Origin: an uncultured bacterium
Lineage (GTDB): Bacteria; Patescibacteriota; Saccharimonadia; Saccharimonadales; UBA4665
Direction of reading: 5' to 3'
Assembly (NCBI GenBank): GCA_963762395.1
Contig: CAVXKL010000004.1
Coordinates: 227,673-291,672 of the forward strand
Length of the DNA stretch: 64,000 nt
This document shows, in pieces, positions 38,658-46,138 of the stretch. The notes under the pieces were generated by a model. The model was not told the DNA's origin and ran no database searches. It worked only from the letters and a program-made list of their open reading frames with translations. Position 1 is the stretch's first letter, and every line of letters starts with the position of its first letter. The position numbers and the translations under genes were made by a program.

Positions 38658-39435
38658 GGAGCCTAAAGCTAGGAAATCATTAGGCCAGCACTGGCTAGCA
38701 GACCAGGGTATTCTAAAAGCTATAACAGATCTAGCAGATATTTCGTCCGAAGACACAGTGCTTGAAATAGGGCCGGGAACAGGCAGACTAACCAAACTAT
38801 TAAGTGCTAAGGCTAATAAAGTAATTGCCGTTGAACTAGACAGTTCACTAGCCATAAAACTAACCGCCTTAAATCTTGCTAACGTTCGGGTAGCAAACGA
38901 AGATATCCTTGACTATGACCTATCTAAATTAGGCAGCTATAAGCTGGTAGCCAATATTCCTTACTACTTAACCGGCAAGATAATAAAACTTATTAGCGAG
39001 ACCGCCAACAGACCTAAGCTTGCTGTCCTCTTAGTCCAAAAAGAAATAGCCGATAGATTAGCTGCTCTGCCTGGAGACATGTCTATCTTAGGCCTTACTT
39101 GCCAATTTTATTGGGACGTCCAAAAAGGACCATTAGTTTCACCAGATAAGTTTATCCCGCCGCCAAAAGTAACATCTCAGATAGTTAAGCTAACACCAAA
39201 GACATTTAACCTGTCCGACGAAGAAACCCGGGAACTATTTAGGCTAATTAAAATCGCTTTCTCGTCTAAACGTAAAACAATTTTAAATAACCTAAGCAGC
39301 GGCTATAGGCAAGATAAGAAAAAAATAGAGACCATACTTCTAGCTATTAACATCCAGCCCAACCGTCGACCTCAAACCTTAAGCTTGAATGAATGGCAAA
39401 AATTAAACGCAGCCGTGTCAGGTTTAAATTCTTGA
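38644..39435 (+). CDS. rsmA: 16S rRNA (adenine1518/1519-N6)-dimethyltransferase
   Basis: KKSLGQHWL, EIGPGTGRLT and ANIPYY motifs. Confidence 0.9.
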   Translation: MATGREPKARKSLGQHWLADQGILKAITDLADISSEDTVLEIGPGTGRLTKLLSAKANKVIAVELDSSLAIKLTALNLANVRVANEDILDYDLSKLGSYKLVANIPYYLTGKIIKLISETANRPKLAVLLVQKEIADRLAALPGDMSILGLTCQFYWDVQKGPLVSPDKFIPPPKVTSQIVKLTPKTFNLSDEETRELFRLIKIAFSSKRKTILNNLSSGYRQDKKKIETILLAINIQPNRRPQTLSLNEWQKLNAAVSGLNS

Positions 39436-39468
39436 AGACTTTATTACGTAAACTACCCTGCAACTAAA

Positions 39469-39497
39469 TTGCTAGATGTTTTAATATAGTATATAAT
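39469..39497 (+). promoter_or_regulatory. candidate sigma70-like promoter (TTGCTA-17 nt-TATAAT) placed to give a leaderless or near-leaderless transcript
   Basis: TTGCTA at 39469-39474, a 17-nt spacer and TATAAT at 39492-39497. The ATG at 39505 lies 8 nt after the -10 element, and no Shine-Dalgarno sequence is present. Confidence 0.35.
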
Positions 39498-39504
39498 ATT
39501 GACC

Positions 39505-39951
39505 ATGAGGAACCCTGAGTTGCCTAAACAAGCTTCAGTAGAAGATCTTGTGGGACAGATTGATGGGATATTCTCTGACGAAAGAAATTGCAAATTCTTG
39601 CAAGTTGAGGGCGAGCTTGATCAGCCCACCACGATTTCGATCGGTGGACGACTATTTGGTTATGACCCAAAACACTCTGTTGGGGTTCAAATAGATTCCC
39701 GCGTTTACGATAAAGTTGGTCTGGTTAGGAGAATTGAATTTGTTGATATGAATAGGAGTTCTATAGTCCGAGAGTGTTTTCTAGCTACCGATGGTGAAAT
39801 CGTCGACGGATTAACACAGCAACCGTTAGATCAAACCGGACGAAACAATCTTAGCTTCTGGCTAAATGAAACATGGTGGGGCAGTGACTACACTAAAAGA
39901 TTGAGCCAGCGAACGGCTAAGACTAGTAAATACACTAGCGAAATGATATAA
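39505..39951 (+). CDS. hypothetical protein (first orphan ORF of the island)
   Basis: ORF of 148 codons with no recognisable motif. Confidence 0.5.
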   Translation: MRNPELPKQASVEDLVGQIDGIFSDERNCKFLQVEGELDQPTTISIGGRLFGYDPKHSVGVQIDSRVYDKVGLVRRIEFVDMNRSSIVRECFLATDGEIVDGLTQQPLDQTGRNNLSFWLNETWWGSDYTKRLSQRTAKTSKYTSEMI

Positions 39952-40360
39952 TAAAGAACGATGGGGCTGAATGTTAAGCTCGACGTTGGACTTTATCGGT
40001 TAGATCAGCAAGTCGCTTGTCAGCGTTATAGGCAACTTTTTTAGATGCAACATCTAAAATTAAAGGCGCGGTAGCATCAATCCGCGACTCTGTAAACTCA
40101 GTAGTCGCTATGTTTGTTTCTCCTCGCTTAGCCTTAAGCCCAATAGCTTAAGCAATGTCTATAAATGATCCAGAGTAATTAATAGACGTTTCATATCTCT
40201 CTGGTGCTGAAATGCTATGTCCTTAGTATTTCCTAAGACTTTTGGACTATAGATATGGTTAGTTTGTTTGTTTAGAGGCCATATCTGAATATTAAAAACA
40301 AACTATACTTGTAGAAGACTAACCAAGATAAACTGACGGACCCGGCCGCAATCGCCGGCA

Positions 40361-40405
40361 GCTCCACCATAAGCACTTTGATCTCTGTATTTGGAGGTCA
40401 TTTTA
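40361..40405 (+). repeat. island repeat, 3'-half copy (copy 0)
   Basis: gctccaccataagcactttgatctctgtatttggaggtcatttta aligns with the 3' ends of the full copies at 41104 and 41918. Confidence 0.7.
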
Positions 40406-40472
40406 TTTTACTAATGTTTGCGATTCTATCAGATTGTAGAATATAGTTTTGCTTGTATAAATCGGAGGAATT

Positions 40473-41069
40473 ATGGCACAAGAAGTTATTAATTTAGACC
40501 TATTTCCTCATCTTGGTGACCCTCATATGAGGCACGCTCCTAGTATATGGCATACTCAAACTGGTAGCCGAGTCGTACTCGCTACGTTGTCTGGATTTGA
40601 GAAAAGTTCAGGATTATTCATCGCAGGTCAGGCTGATGGATATGACGAAACAGACTGGAATAAGACCGGTGTACCTAGTGGGCGTAGAAAGATGTTTGGC
40701 ATGGTCTCGAGAGTAACAAATGTCGAATATCAAAAAGGCCTAACTGAACTCCCTGAAGATGTTGCAGCCGAGGATATTAAACTTCACGAAAGACTTGTGC
40801 ATGCTGCGGAAGCAACCACTTGGCTTGCTGTATATGGTTACAGGGAAGCACATAGAAACAATGAAATAGTTAATTTGCCTGCATACGGAGGTGCCCTATA
40901 TCTTGGTGTTGAACTGGGAAGTGTGCCAACCGAGCTGGAAGCGGTCATTGAGATAAGAAAAGTCTCGTATCCAGGTATAACTCGTACATCTGGCTACGAC
41001 AACCCAGCATACTATCAGTCTCTTAGGAAAGCCCTCCCCTTATTAGCTCCCGCTGTTACTACTAAATAA
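40473..41069 (+). CDS. hypothetical protein (cassette 1)
   Basis: 198-codon ORF with RBS ggagg 7 nt upstream. No family recognised. Confidence 0.55.
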   Translation: MAQEVINLDLFPHLGDPHMRHAPSIWHTQTGSRVVLATLSGFEKSSGLFIAGQADGYDETDWNKTGVPSGRRKMFGMVSRVTNVEYQKGLTELPEDVAAEDIKLHERLVHAAEATTWLAVYGYREAHRNNEIVNLPAYGGALYLGVELGSVPTELEAVIEIRKVSYPGITRTSGYDNPAYYQSLRKALPLLAPAVTTK

Positions 41070-41103
41070 ATAATATATTAACGAGACTGTGTACATAACC
41101 TTA

Positions 41104-41258
41104 GGCGATACCTGCTTTGTCAGACCCAGATTTACTCTATAAATAATTCTCCCAGAGTAAATCATGCCATCTAGCTATTTCTTCAACAATGAGAGGTGAA
41201 CTTTTTTCGAGGTGCACCACCATAATCACTTTGACCTCTGTAAAACGGGGTCATTTTT
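41104..41258 (+). repeat. island repeat, full copy (copy 1, ~155 bp)
   Basis: Roughly 85-90% identical by eye to 41918-42070. It has a perfect 10-bp hairpin (41129-41138 / 41154-41163) and the core caccataatcac at 41218-41229. Confidence 0.85.
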
Positions 41259-41284
41259 ATATACAAAATGCTATACTTCAGTAC

Positions 41285-41917
41285 ATGGCTAAAGCATATC
41301 TTATTGGTGATCCACCAAGAGTCGGGAAAACATCTCTTACATTAAAATTTATCGAGAGGAAGCCCATACTAGCAACTTCTACAGATGCTATACGCTACAC
41401 TCTCAGACGAGTCGTAGATGAGCATTCAAAGCCCGACTTGTTTAACGTTGGTAAATTCACATCTAACGACCCAGAACAGCGTAAGTATCTAACTGAGCAT
41501 GTTCAAGAAGTTATAGACCAACAAAACACTGAGTCTTCAATTGTCTGGAAATCAACAGTAGATTTCATCAACAGCAATCTCGAAGACGGCTTCGATATAT
41601 TAATTGAAGGTATTGCTGTATTGCCATCCTTCGTCAAAGATTTGCAGTGCGAATATTCAGTAGTATTTATAGGTAATCAATCTGATGAACATTTCAATAC
41701 CATATTAAATCAAGCCAGAAACAACCCGAATGATTGGCTGCATAATTTAGAGGACGAAACCATTAAAGCATTCTGTTTATTCGGACAATGCTTTAGTAAA
41801 TACCTGGAAGATGAAGCTAAGAGTCTATCCATGTCCTACATAGAAGTAATGGACAACAAGTTCGACGAATGCTTAACTAGCGCATTAAATGAGCTTATAT
41901 GTAGCAATAATCGCTAA
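41285..41917 (+). CDS. P-loop NTPase/kinase-like protein (cassette 2)
   Basis: Walker A-like GDPPRVGKTS at residues 9-18. ATG 41285 is preferred because the track start at 41189 lies inside the repeat. Confidence 0.5.
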   Translation: MAKAYLIGDPPRVGKTSLTLKFIERKPILATSTDAIRYTLRRVVDEHSKPDLFNVGKFTSNDPEQRKYLTEHVQEVIDQQNTESSIVWKSTVDFINSNLEDGFDILIEGIAVLPSFVKDLQCEYSVVFIGNQSDEHFNTILNQARNNPNDWLHNLEDETIKAFCLFGQCFSKYLEDEAKSLSMSYIEVMDNKFDECLTSALNELICSNNR

Positions 41918-42070
41918 GGGATACCCGCTTTGTCAGATCCAGATTTACTCTGTTAATAATTCTCCCAGAGTAAATAATGCCATCTAGCCATTTTTTCAAC
42001 AATGAAGGGTGAACTTTTTTCGAGGTGCTCCATCATAAGTACTTTGACTTCTGTAAAAAGTAGTTATTTT
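41918..42070 (+). repeat. island repeat, full copy (copy 2, ~153 bp)
   Basis: Perfect 10-bp hairpin (41943-41952 / 41966-41975) and core ccatcataagtac at 42030-42042. Confidence 0.85.
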
Positions 42071-42119
42071 CTCGTTATTGCTTGCCCGTAAGAGAATTCC
42101 ATGATAAAAATATGTATTA

Positions 42120-42548
42120 ATGTCAGCTCAAGGAAAAATAGAAACTGTTCAAGAGTCAACCTGGACCCCTATTGAAGAAATCATAGAAGATGGAAGTATA
42201 TTAGTCAGTGGTGATGGGCTTGGTCGGGCACGCGGTGAAGTTTGTGGAGGGCGAAGTCTTGTAGCTGTGGTTGAAGGGTTTCCAAATGGAAAAGTTGTGG
42301 CTATAGTTGCGGAAGAGGAAGAGCTGGAAAGATTAAGATCTGAGGGTGGAAAAGAAATAGACCCCGAAGAATTGAGCCCACACGATATATCAAAACTTTA
42401 TGCTCACATAGGTGTTGGAATTGGTCCTATTGAAGCGACCAGAGATGCATTGCAGAAAGAGAGAGAAAGACAACAAATGACCAAAAACCACAATGCAACT
42501 AGTTCACTTGGGTCTTTTGTGACATCAAGGTTTGAAGTTACAAAATAA
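42120..42548 (+). CDS. hypothetical acidic protein (cassette 3)
   Basis: 142-codon ORF with no recognisable motif. Confidence 0.5.
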   Translation: MSAQGKIETVQESTWTPIEEIIEDGSILVSGDGLGRARGEVCGGRSLVAVVEGFPNGKVVAIVAEEEELERLRSEGGKEIDPEELSPHDISKLYAHIGVGIGPIEATRDALQKERERQQMTKNHNATSSLGSFVTSRFEVTK

Positions 42549-42597
42549 TATGCCAAGAAACTCCCGGTATGCATGTTAGCGGACAGTTAAAGTCTAC

Positions 42598-42666
42598 GAA
42601 GAAGGGTGAACAATTTTCGATGTGCCCATAAGTACTTTAGCCTTTGTTATTTAGGGTCATTTTTTA
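42598..42666 (+). repeat. island repeat, 3'-half copy (copy 3)
   Basis: gaagggtgaacaattttcgatgtgcccataagtactttagcctttgttatttagggtcattttt aligns with the 3' halves of copies 1 and 2. Confidence 0.75.
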
Positions 42667-42686
42667 TGATTTGATATACTCTGCTT

Positions 42687-43115
42687 ATGCCACTAATAGT
42701 ATTAATTCTCATCTGTTCTTTGTTTTATGCGGGTTTTGAAATATTGGCAAGTTTAGCAGGTGGCAAAATCAATAATTGGTTAGCAGCCACACTTTATAAC
42801 GGCATTGGAACATTCATTCCCCTAGCAGTTTATTTTTTTACTAGAAAGAGCAAAACATCTTTAAAAGGCATTGCATTTGCTGCGTTAGCAGGAGTAGCAA
42901 TAATGCTATTTTCAGTATTATTAGCACATATTTTCAATAGACACGGTAATTTGTCATACGTGATACCCATTATTTACGGTATAGCAATTGTGATTAGTAG
43001 CCTTTATGGAATATTGGTTGTCAAAGATAGAATTACTGCATTGCAATTATTGGGCATATTGTTAGTAGTTATAGGCGTTGGGTTCATATCATTCTCTAAA
43101 CATAAAGCGTCATAA
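42687..43115 (+). CDS. small 4-5 TM membrane protein, DMT/EamA-like half-transporter (cassette 4)
   Basis: 142 aa, almost entirely hydrophobic helices. The size and pattern fit an EamA-type single domain. Confidence 0.5.
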   Translation: MPLIVLILICSLFYAGFEILASLAGGKINNWLAATLYNGIGTFIPLAVYFFTRKSKTSLKGIAFAALAGVAIMLFSVLLAHIFNRHGNLSYVIPIIYGIAIVISSLYGILVVKDRITALQLLGILLVVIGVGFISFSKHKAS

Positions 43116-43150
43116 TCATATACCTTTTGAGGATGTCTATCTTCCTAGAG

Positions 43151-43297
43151 CCAGATTCACTCTTTTTGTAATGAAAATAATTCTCCCAGAATAAATCATG
43201 CCAACTGGCTATTCCATCAATGATGAAGGAGAAGATATTTTCGAGATGCTCCACCAAGTAACCACTATAAACACGATAAGTTTTGAGGTTATTTTTT
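43151..43297 (+). repeat. island repeat, diverged full copy (copy 4)
   Basis: ccagattcactct...aataattctcccagaataaatcatgcc...ttttcgagatgctccaccaagta...ggttatttttt is collinear with copies 1 and 2. Its hairpin is degraded by two mismatches. Confidence 0.7.
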
Positions 43298-43314
43298 AGT
43301 TTCTGAAGTGTGTT

Positions 43315-44865
43315 TTAAGTTTTGACGAGGGCTATTTTACCCGCACTTCGCACGTACTGATTGGCTTGAGCAATTGTTCTTCTTAGTTCAGCATTAGGCA
43401 TGGGGGTACGCGACTTAAGCGCCTTAGCCCAATTACTCCTAATCATATCCAATGCCTGCCCAATTTCTATAGCAAGCGCTGGGTCTTCAATATCGATTTG
43501 TGCCACATAGTCTCCCGACCACCGATGAAGTGCTTTGTTAAAATCTAATATTTCCGGCCTAATAACACTTAATGGCCTGGTAACGTTACTACCGTTTGAA
43601 ACACGAGGATCAATCGTGCGCTTCTTTCCTTGCGGTAATTCAATAACAAAACGACCGTCTACTACACCATAAGTTTCAGGAGTAACTGTTTGTCTTGTTA
43701 ATGTGACTCCGTCGGGCGGGTTAGGTCCAGAGTAGAAGTTGCCATTGCTATAAGATAGATTTTTTTGTCGTTGGTCCGCAGCAATACTTGCAGCCGTATC
43801 CAAAAACCATCTCATGACTCGGTCATCTTTTGCCACTTCTTCAAACTGTTCAAACATCAGTGACGATGATGTATGCAAATAATCTCGCGGATAAAAATAT
43901 TGGAAGTTTCTAGCGTGTCGATGGTTACACAAAAAGAAATAACGCTCTGCTAAATTAAGAGTGTCGTTTACCAAGTCCTGTACCGGTTCGGTCCAGTGTT
44001 CAGCATTATTTTTAATATAGTCTTGGGTAAAGTTCATTGCAGCTTGTTCGTTAGTAAAAATCAGCTGGTCGCCTTCTCCATCTTCCCGAACAACTCTTCG
44101 TACTATTGAGTCAAGCGATAGAGCGGCAAGAGCAAAAGGAATACGACCCGGGTCAGGCATATGTCTGTTAAGAGACCAATTGACAAGCCACCTCTCTTCT
44201 TCATTATACTGAAACCTGTCGCCATCAAGTCTACGAGAAGGATGTTTATTAGTTAAGAAGGACGGCCGAACAGTAACTTCATCTTCGCTTAATAAACGAT
44301 CAATTGTTAATCTGGTACGCCCAACATAGATACCGCTTACCTTTCTACGAAGAGTTTTGGACTCAATTAAAGCCTCAGTAATACCGGCTCGTTCAAAGAA
44401 TTCAGTACGATCTTCATCATGAAGATTCTCAAGACCGTGACCCTGATAGTTATCATCTCCCTGATGGCCGTCATATATGTGTGAGGCATCGCTAAAAAGT
44501 GCTTCTAATACATCCATTGGCCCACCCCCAAACTCAACGGCAAGTAATCCTAGAGAAAAACAATGACTTAGTTGTGGATATTCACCAGCAAATAGTCGTG
44601 TTTCATATTTTCTTGGTCGATTTAACTTCATACTATCGACCAAGAAAGGCATTTCATGGAAAAGAACTATAGCAGCAGCCTCCAGACTACTATCCGTAAA
44701 GGCCTCTCCACTTCCCAGTGTTGTTGTCCCATGAAACGGATGGTACACTTCCACTCTGCCATTATTTAACTCTCTGAACCTAAATAGGGCAGCCGGGGAG
44801 GGTCTTTCGAGGTCTTGAGGAACAGGAACCCCTATAAAATCGTTTTGCTCAACACCTACAGCCAT
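43315..44865 (-). CDS. hypothetical 516-aa protein with a weak, degenerate HD-phosphohydrolase-like segment
   Basis: QLSHCFSLGLLAVEFGG...EALFSDASHIYDGHQGDD...LHDEDRTEFF resembles the H...HD...D pattern, with HD replaced by SD. It is the only minus-strand gene in the island. Confidence 0.3.
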   Translation of the reverse strand: MAVGVEQNDFIGVPVPQDLERPSPAALFRFRELNNGRVEVYHPFHGTTTLGSGEAFTDSSLEAAAIVLFHEMPFLVDSMKLNRPRKYETRLFAGEYPQLSHCFSLGLLAVEFGGGPMDVLEALFSDASHIYDGHQGDDNYQGHGLENLHDEDRTEFFERAGITEALIESKTLRRKVSGIYVGRTRLTIDRLLSEDEVTVRPSFLTNKHPSRRLDGDRFQYNEEERWLVNWSLNRHMPDPGRIPFALAALSLDSIVRRVVREDGEGDQLIFTNEQAAMNFTQDYIKNNAEHWTEPVQDLVNDTLNLAERYFFLCNHRHARNFQYFYPRDYLHTSSSLMFEQFEEVAKDDRVMRWFLDTAASIAADQRQKNLSYSNGNFYSGPNPPDGVTLTRQTVTPETYGVVDGRFVIELPQGKKRTIDPRVSNGSNVTRPLSVIRPEILDFNKALHRWSGDYVAQIDIEDPALAIEIGQALDMIRSNWAKALKSRTPMPNAELRRTIAQANQYVRSAGKIALVKT

Positions 44866-45024
44866 CTTGTCTAAAAACTATACTATCAAAACATTTAGTT
44901 GCAAGCATAACCAGTATTTACCAATAAGTGCTATATACCATCAGGAGTACCAAACTTATCATATCTATTCCACTCTATAGCTAAAATACCCCTACATTTC
45001 TTCAGCCCTTCATAGATTTGGTGC

Positions 45025-45097
45025 CAACAATTTTGGATGTACGCAACCATAAGCATTTTTAAATCAGCAAAAATAAAGTCGTTATTGTCACAAAACA
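45025..45097 (+). repeat. island repeat, diverged 3'-half copy (copy 5)
   Basis: caacaattttggatgtacgcaaccataagcattttt... aligns with copy 3 (aacaattttcgatgtgcccataagtacttt). Confidence 0.55.
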
Positions 45098-45319
45098 TCG
45101 TCTGTCCCTATAAGAGTAGATTATTTGTCTGTGACATAAAAAAGGGTAATGTCAATTATGCTCTTGCTTTTTTCCTCTCCTTAGGGTATCTTTAAGTTCA
45201 ACTAGATAAAGCTGCTAACGTAACGTGAGTTCGGTTCTAGGAAATTAGTAAACAGTGATTTGAGGCGCAGCTAACTGGATCGCCAGATTACCTACAAGTC
45301 TTAATAAAGGAGTGATCTA

Positions 45320-45592
45320 GTGGCAACACGTCTATTTGTCGGATCATTGTCTTGGAATACAACCGATGACCAGTTGAAGGATTTTTTCTCAACTGTCGGT
45401 AAAGTAAACTCAGCCAATGTGATTGTCGATCGCGATTCCAACCGATCAAAAGGTTTTGGATTTGTCGAGATGGACAACGACGAAGAAGCTAAAAACGCTA
45501 TCGCTAGCCTAAATGGCAAAGAACTTGATGGCCGAGCTATCATAGTCAGCGAAGCACGCCCTCGTGAACAAAGTTTCAACCGAGAGCGTTAG
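45320..45592 (+). CDS. RRM-type RNA-binding protein
   Basis: RNP-2 LFVGSL and RNP-1 KGFGFVEM. GTG start preceded by aaaggag. Confidence 0.85.
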   Translation: MATRLFVGSLSWNTTDDQLKDFFSTVGKVNSANVIVDRDSNRSKGFGFVEMDNDEEAKNAIASLNGKELDGRAIIVSEARPREQSFNRER

Positions 45593-45621
45593 TTTCGAAT
45601 AAGCTTTTAAAAGCTATAAGA

Positions 45622-45648
45622 GGCATCCTTAAATCAAGGGTGCCTTTT
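45622..45648 (+). terminator. Rho-independent terminator
   Basis: GGCATCCTT-aaatc-AAGGGTGCC (9-bp stem with one G-U pair) followed by TTTT, 30 nt after the RRM gene stop. Confidence 0.7.
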
Positions 45649-45720
45649 AATATTGACCATAAAAACAAATCTTAACCCCAGCCTGATATAATTGAAATAA
45701 CTTTAAGAAAGGCTACTTAA

Positions 45721-46137
45721 ATGACTAAGATTGGTTGCCCCTTTTGTAACCCCCTAAACCAGGCAGTAAAGTCTAACGACACAGCCCAGGTCTTTTTAAG
45801 TGATCCCAGAAAAGTACCCGGTCACTTTCTAATAATGCCCAAAAGACATATTGAAAAGCCTTGGGAGTTGTCTTCCAAAGAACTAAAAGACATCTTTGAT
45901 CTAATATTCTTTATTGAAAAGAAGATAATCGGCAAACTTGGTGACGGCTGTGATATCCGCCAAAATTACCGGCCCTTTATGAAGCAAGGCGCTCTTAAAA
46001 TAGATCACATCCATTTCCAAGTAATTCCTCGGTCATATAATGACTATATCTACAAAAAAGCAGAGAAGTATGAAGCAGATATCTTTGCCGAGCTAGATGA
46101 TCTGGAAAAAGAGGAAGTAACTAAACTACTTAAATAA
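45721..46137 (+). CDS. HIT-superfamily protein (HxHxQ variant)
   Basis: C-x-x-C at the N-terminus (CPFC) and the histidine-triad region IDHIHFQVIP. Confidence 0.65.
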   Translation: MTKIGCPFCNPLNQAVKSNDTAQVFLSDPRKVPGHFLIMPKRHIEKPWELSSKELKDIFDLIFFIEKKIIGKLGDGCDIRQNYRPFMKQGALKIDHIHFQVIPRSYNDYIYKKAEKYEADIFAELDDLEKEEVTKLLK

Positions 46138-46138
46138 A

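Noticed and set aside
39974-40147. Minus-strand open frame of about 57 codons (AIGLKAKRGETNIATTEFTESRIDATAPLILDVASKKVAYNADKRLADLTDKVQRRA).
   Set aside because: There is no ATG, GTG or TTG start and no RBS, and I recognise no family. It may be a gene remnant, but I cannot support it as a feature.
41189-41284. Track start at 41189 for the P-loop cassette gene. A similar case is the start at 31584 for the antitoxin.
   Set aside because: The extension at 41189 is encoded by the island repeat itself, and the Walker A motif follows directly after ATG 41285. The extension at 31584 is hydrophobic junk upstream of a canonical DinJ N-terminus at ATG 31428.
41104-43297. Small ORFs inside the repeat copies. 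These are the minus-strand M(V/M)(V/E)HLEKSSP(L/F)IVE..ARWH.LLWENY and MTPFYRGQSDYGGAPRKKFTSHC, and the plus-strand MPSS(Y/H)FFNNE(R/G).
   Set aside because: Several frames stay open simply because the copies are similar. Between copies 1 and 2 I count about 7 non-synonymous changes to 1 synonymous change in the longest frame. Start and stop codons are not conserved. Coding is therefore not supported, though it is not formally excluded.
39436-45319. Interpretation of the island as a classical integron cassette array.
   Set aside because: No IntI-type tyrosine recombinase is present in the window. The repeats lack the R''/L''-L'/R' box organisation and the GTTRRRY junction. The hairpin is perfect rather than bulged, and one gene is inverted.
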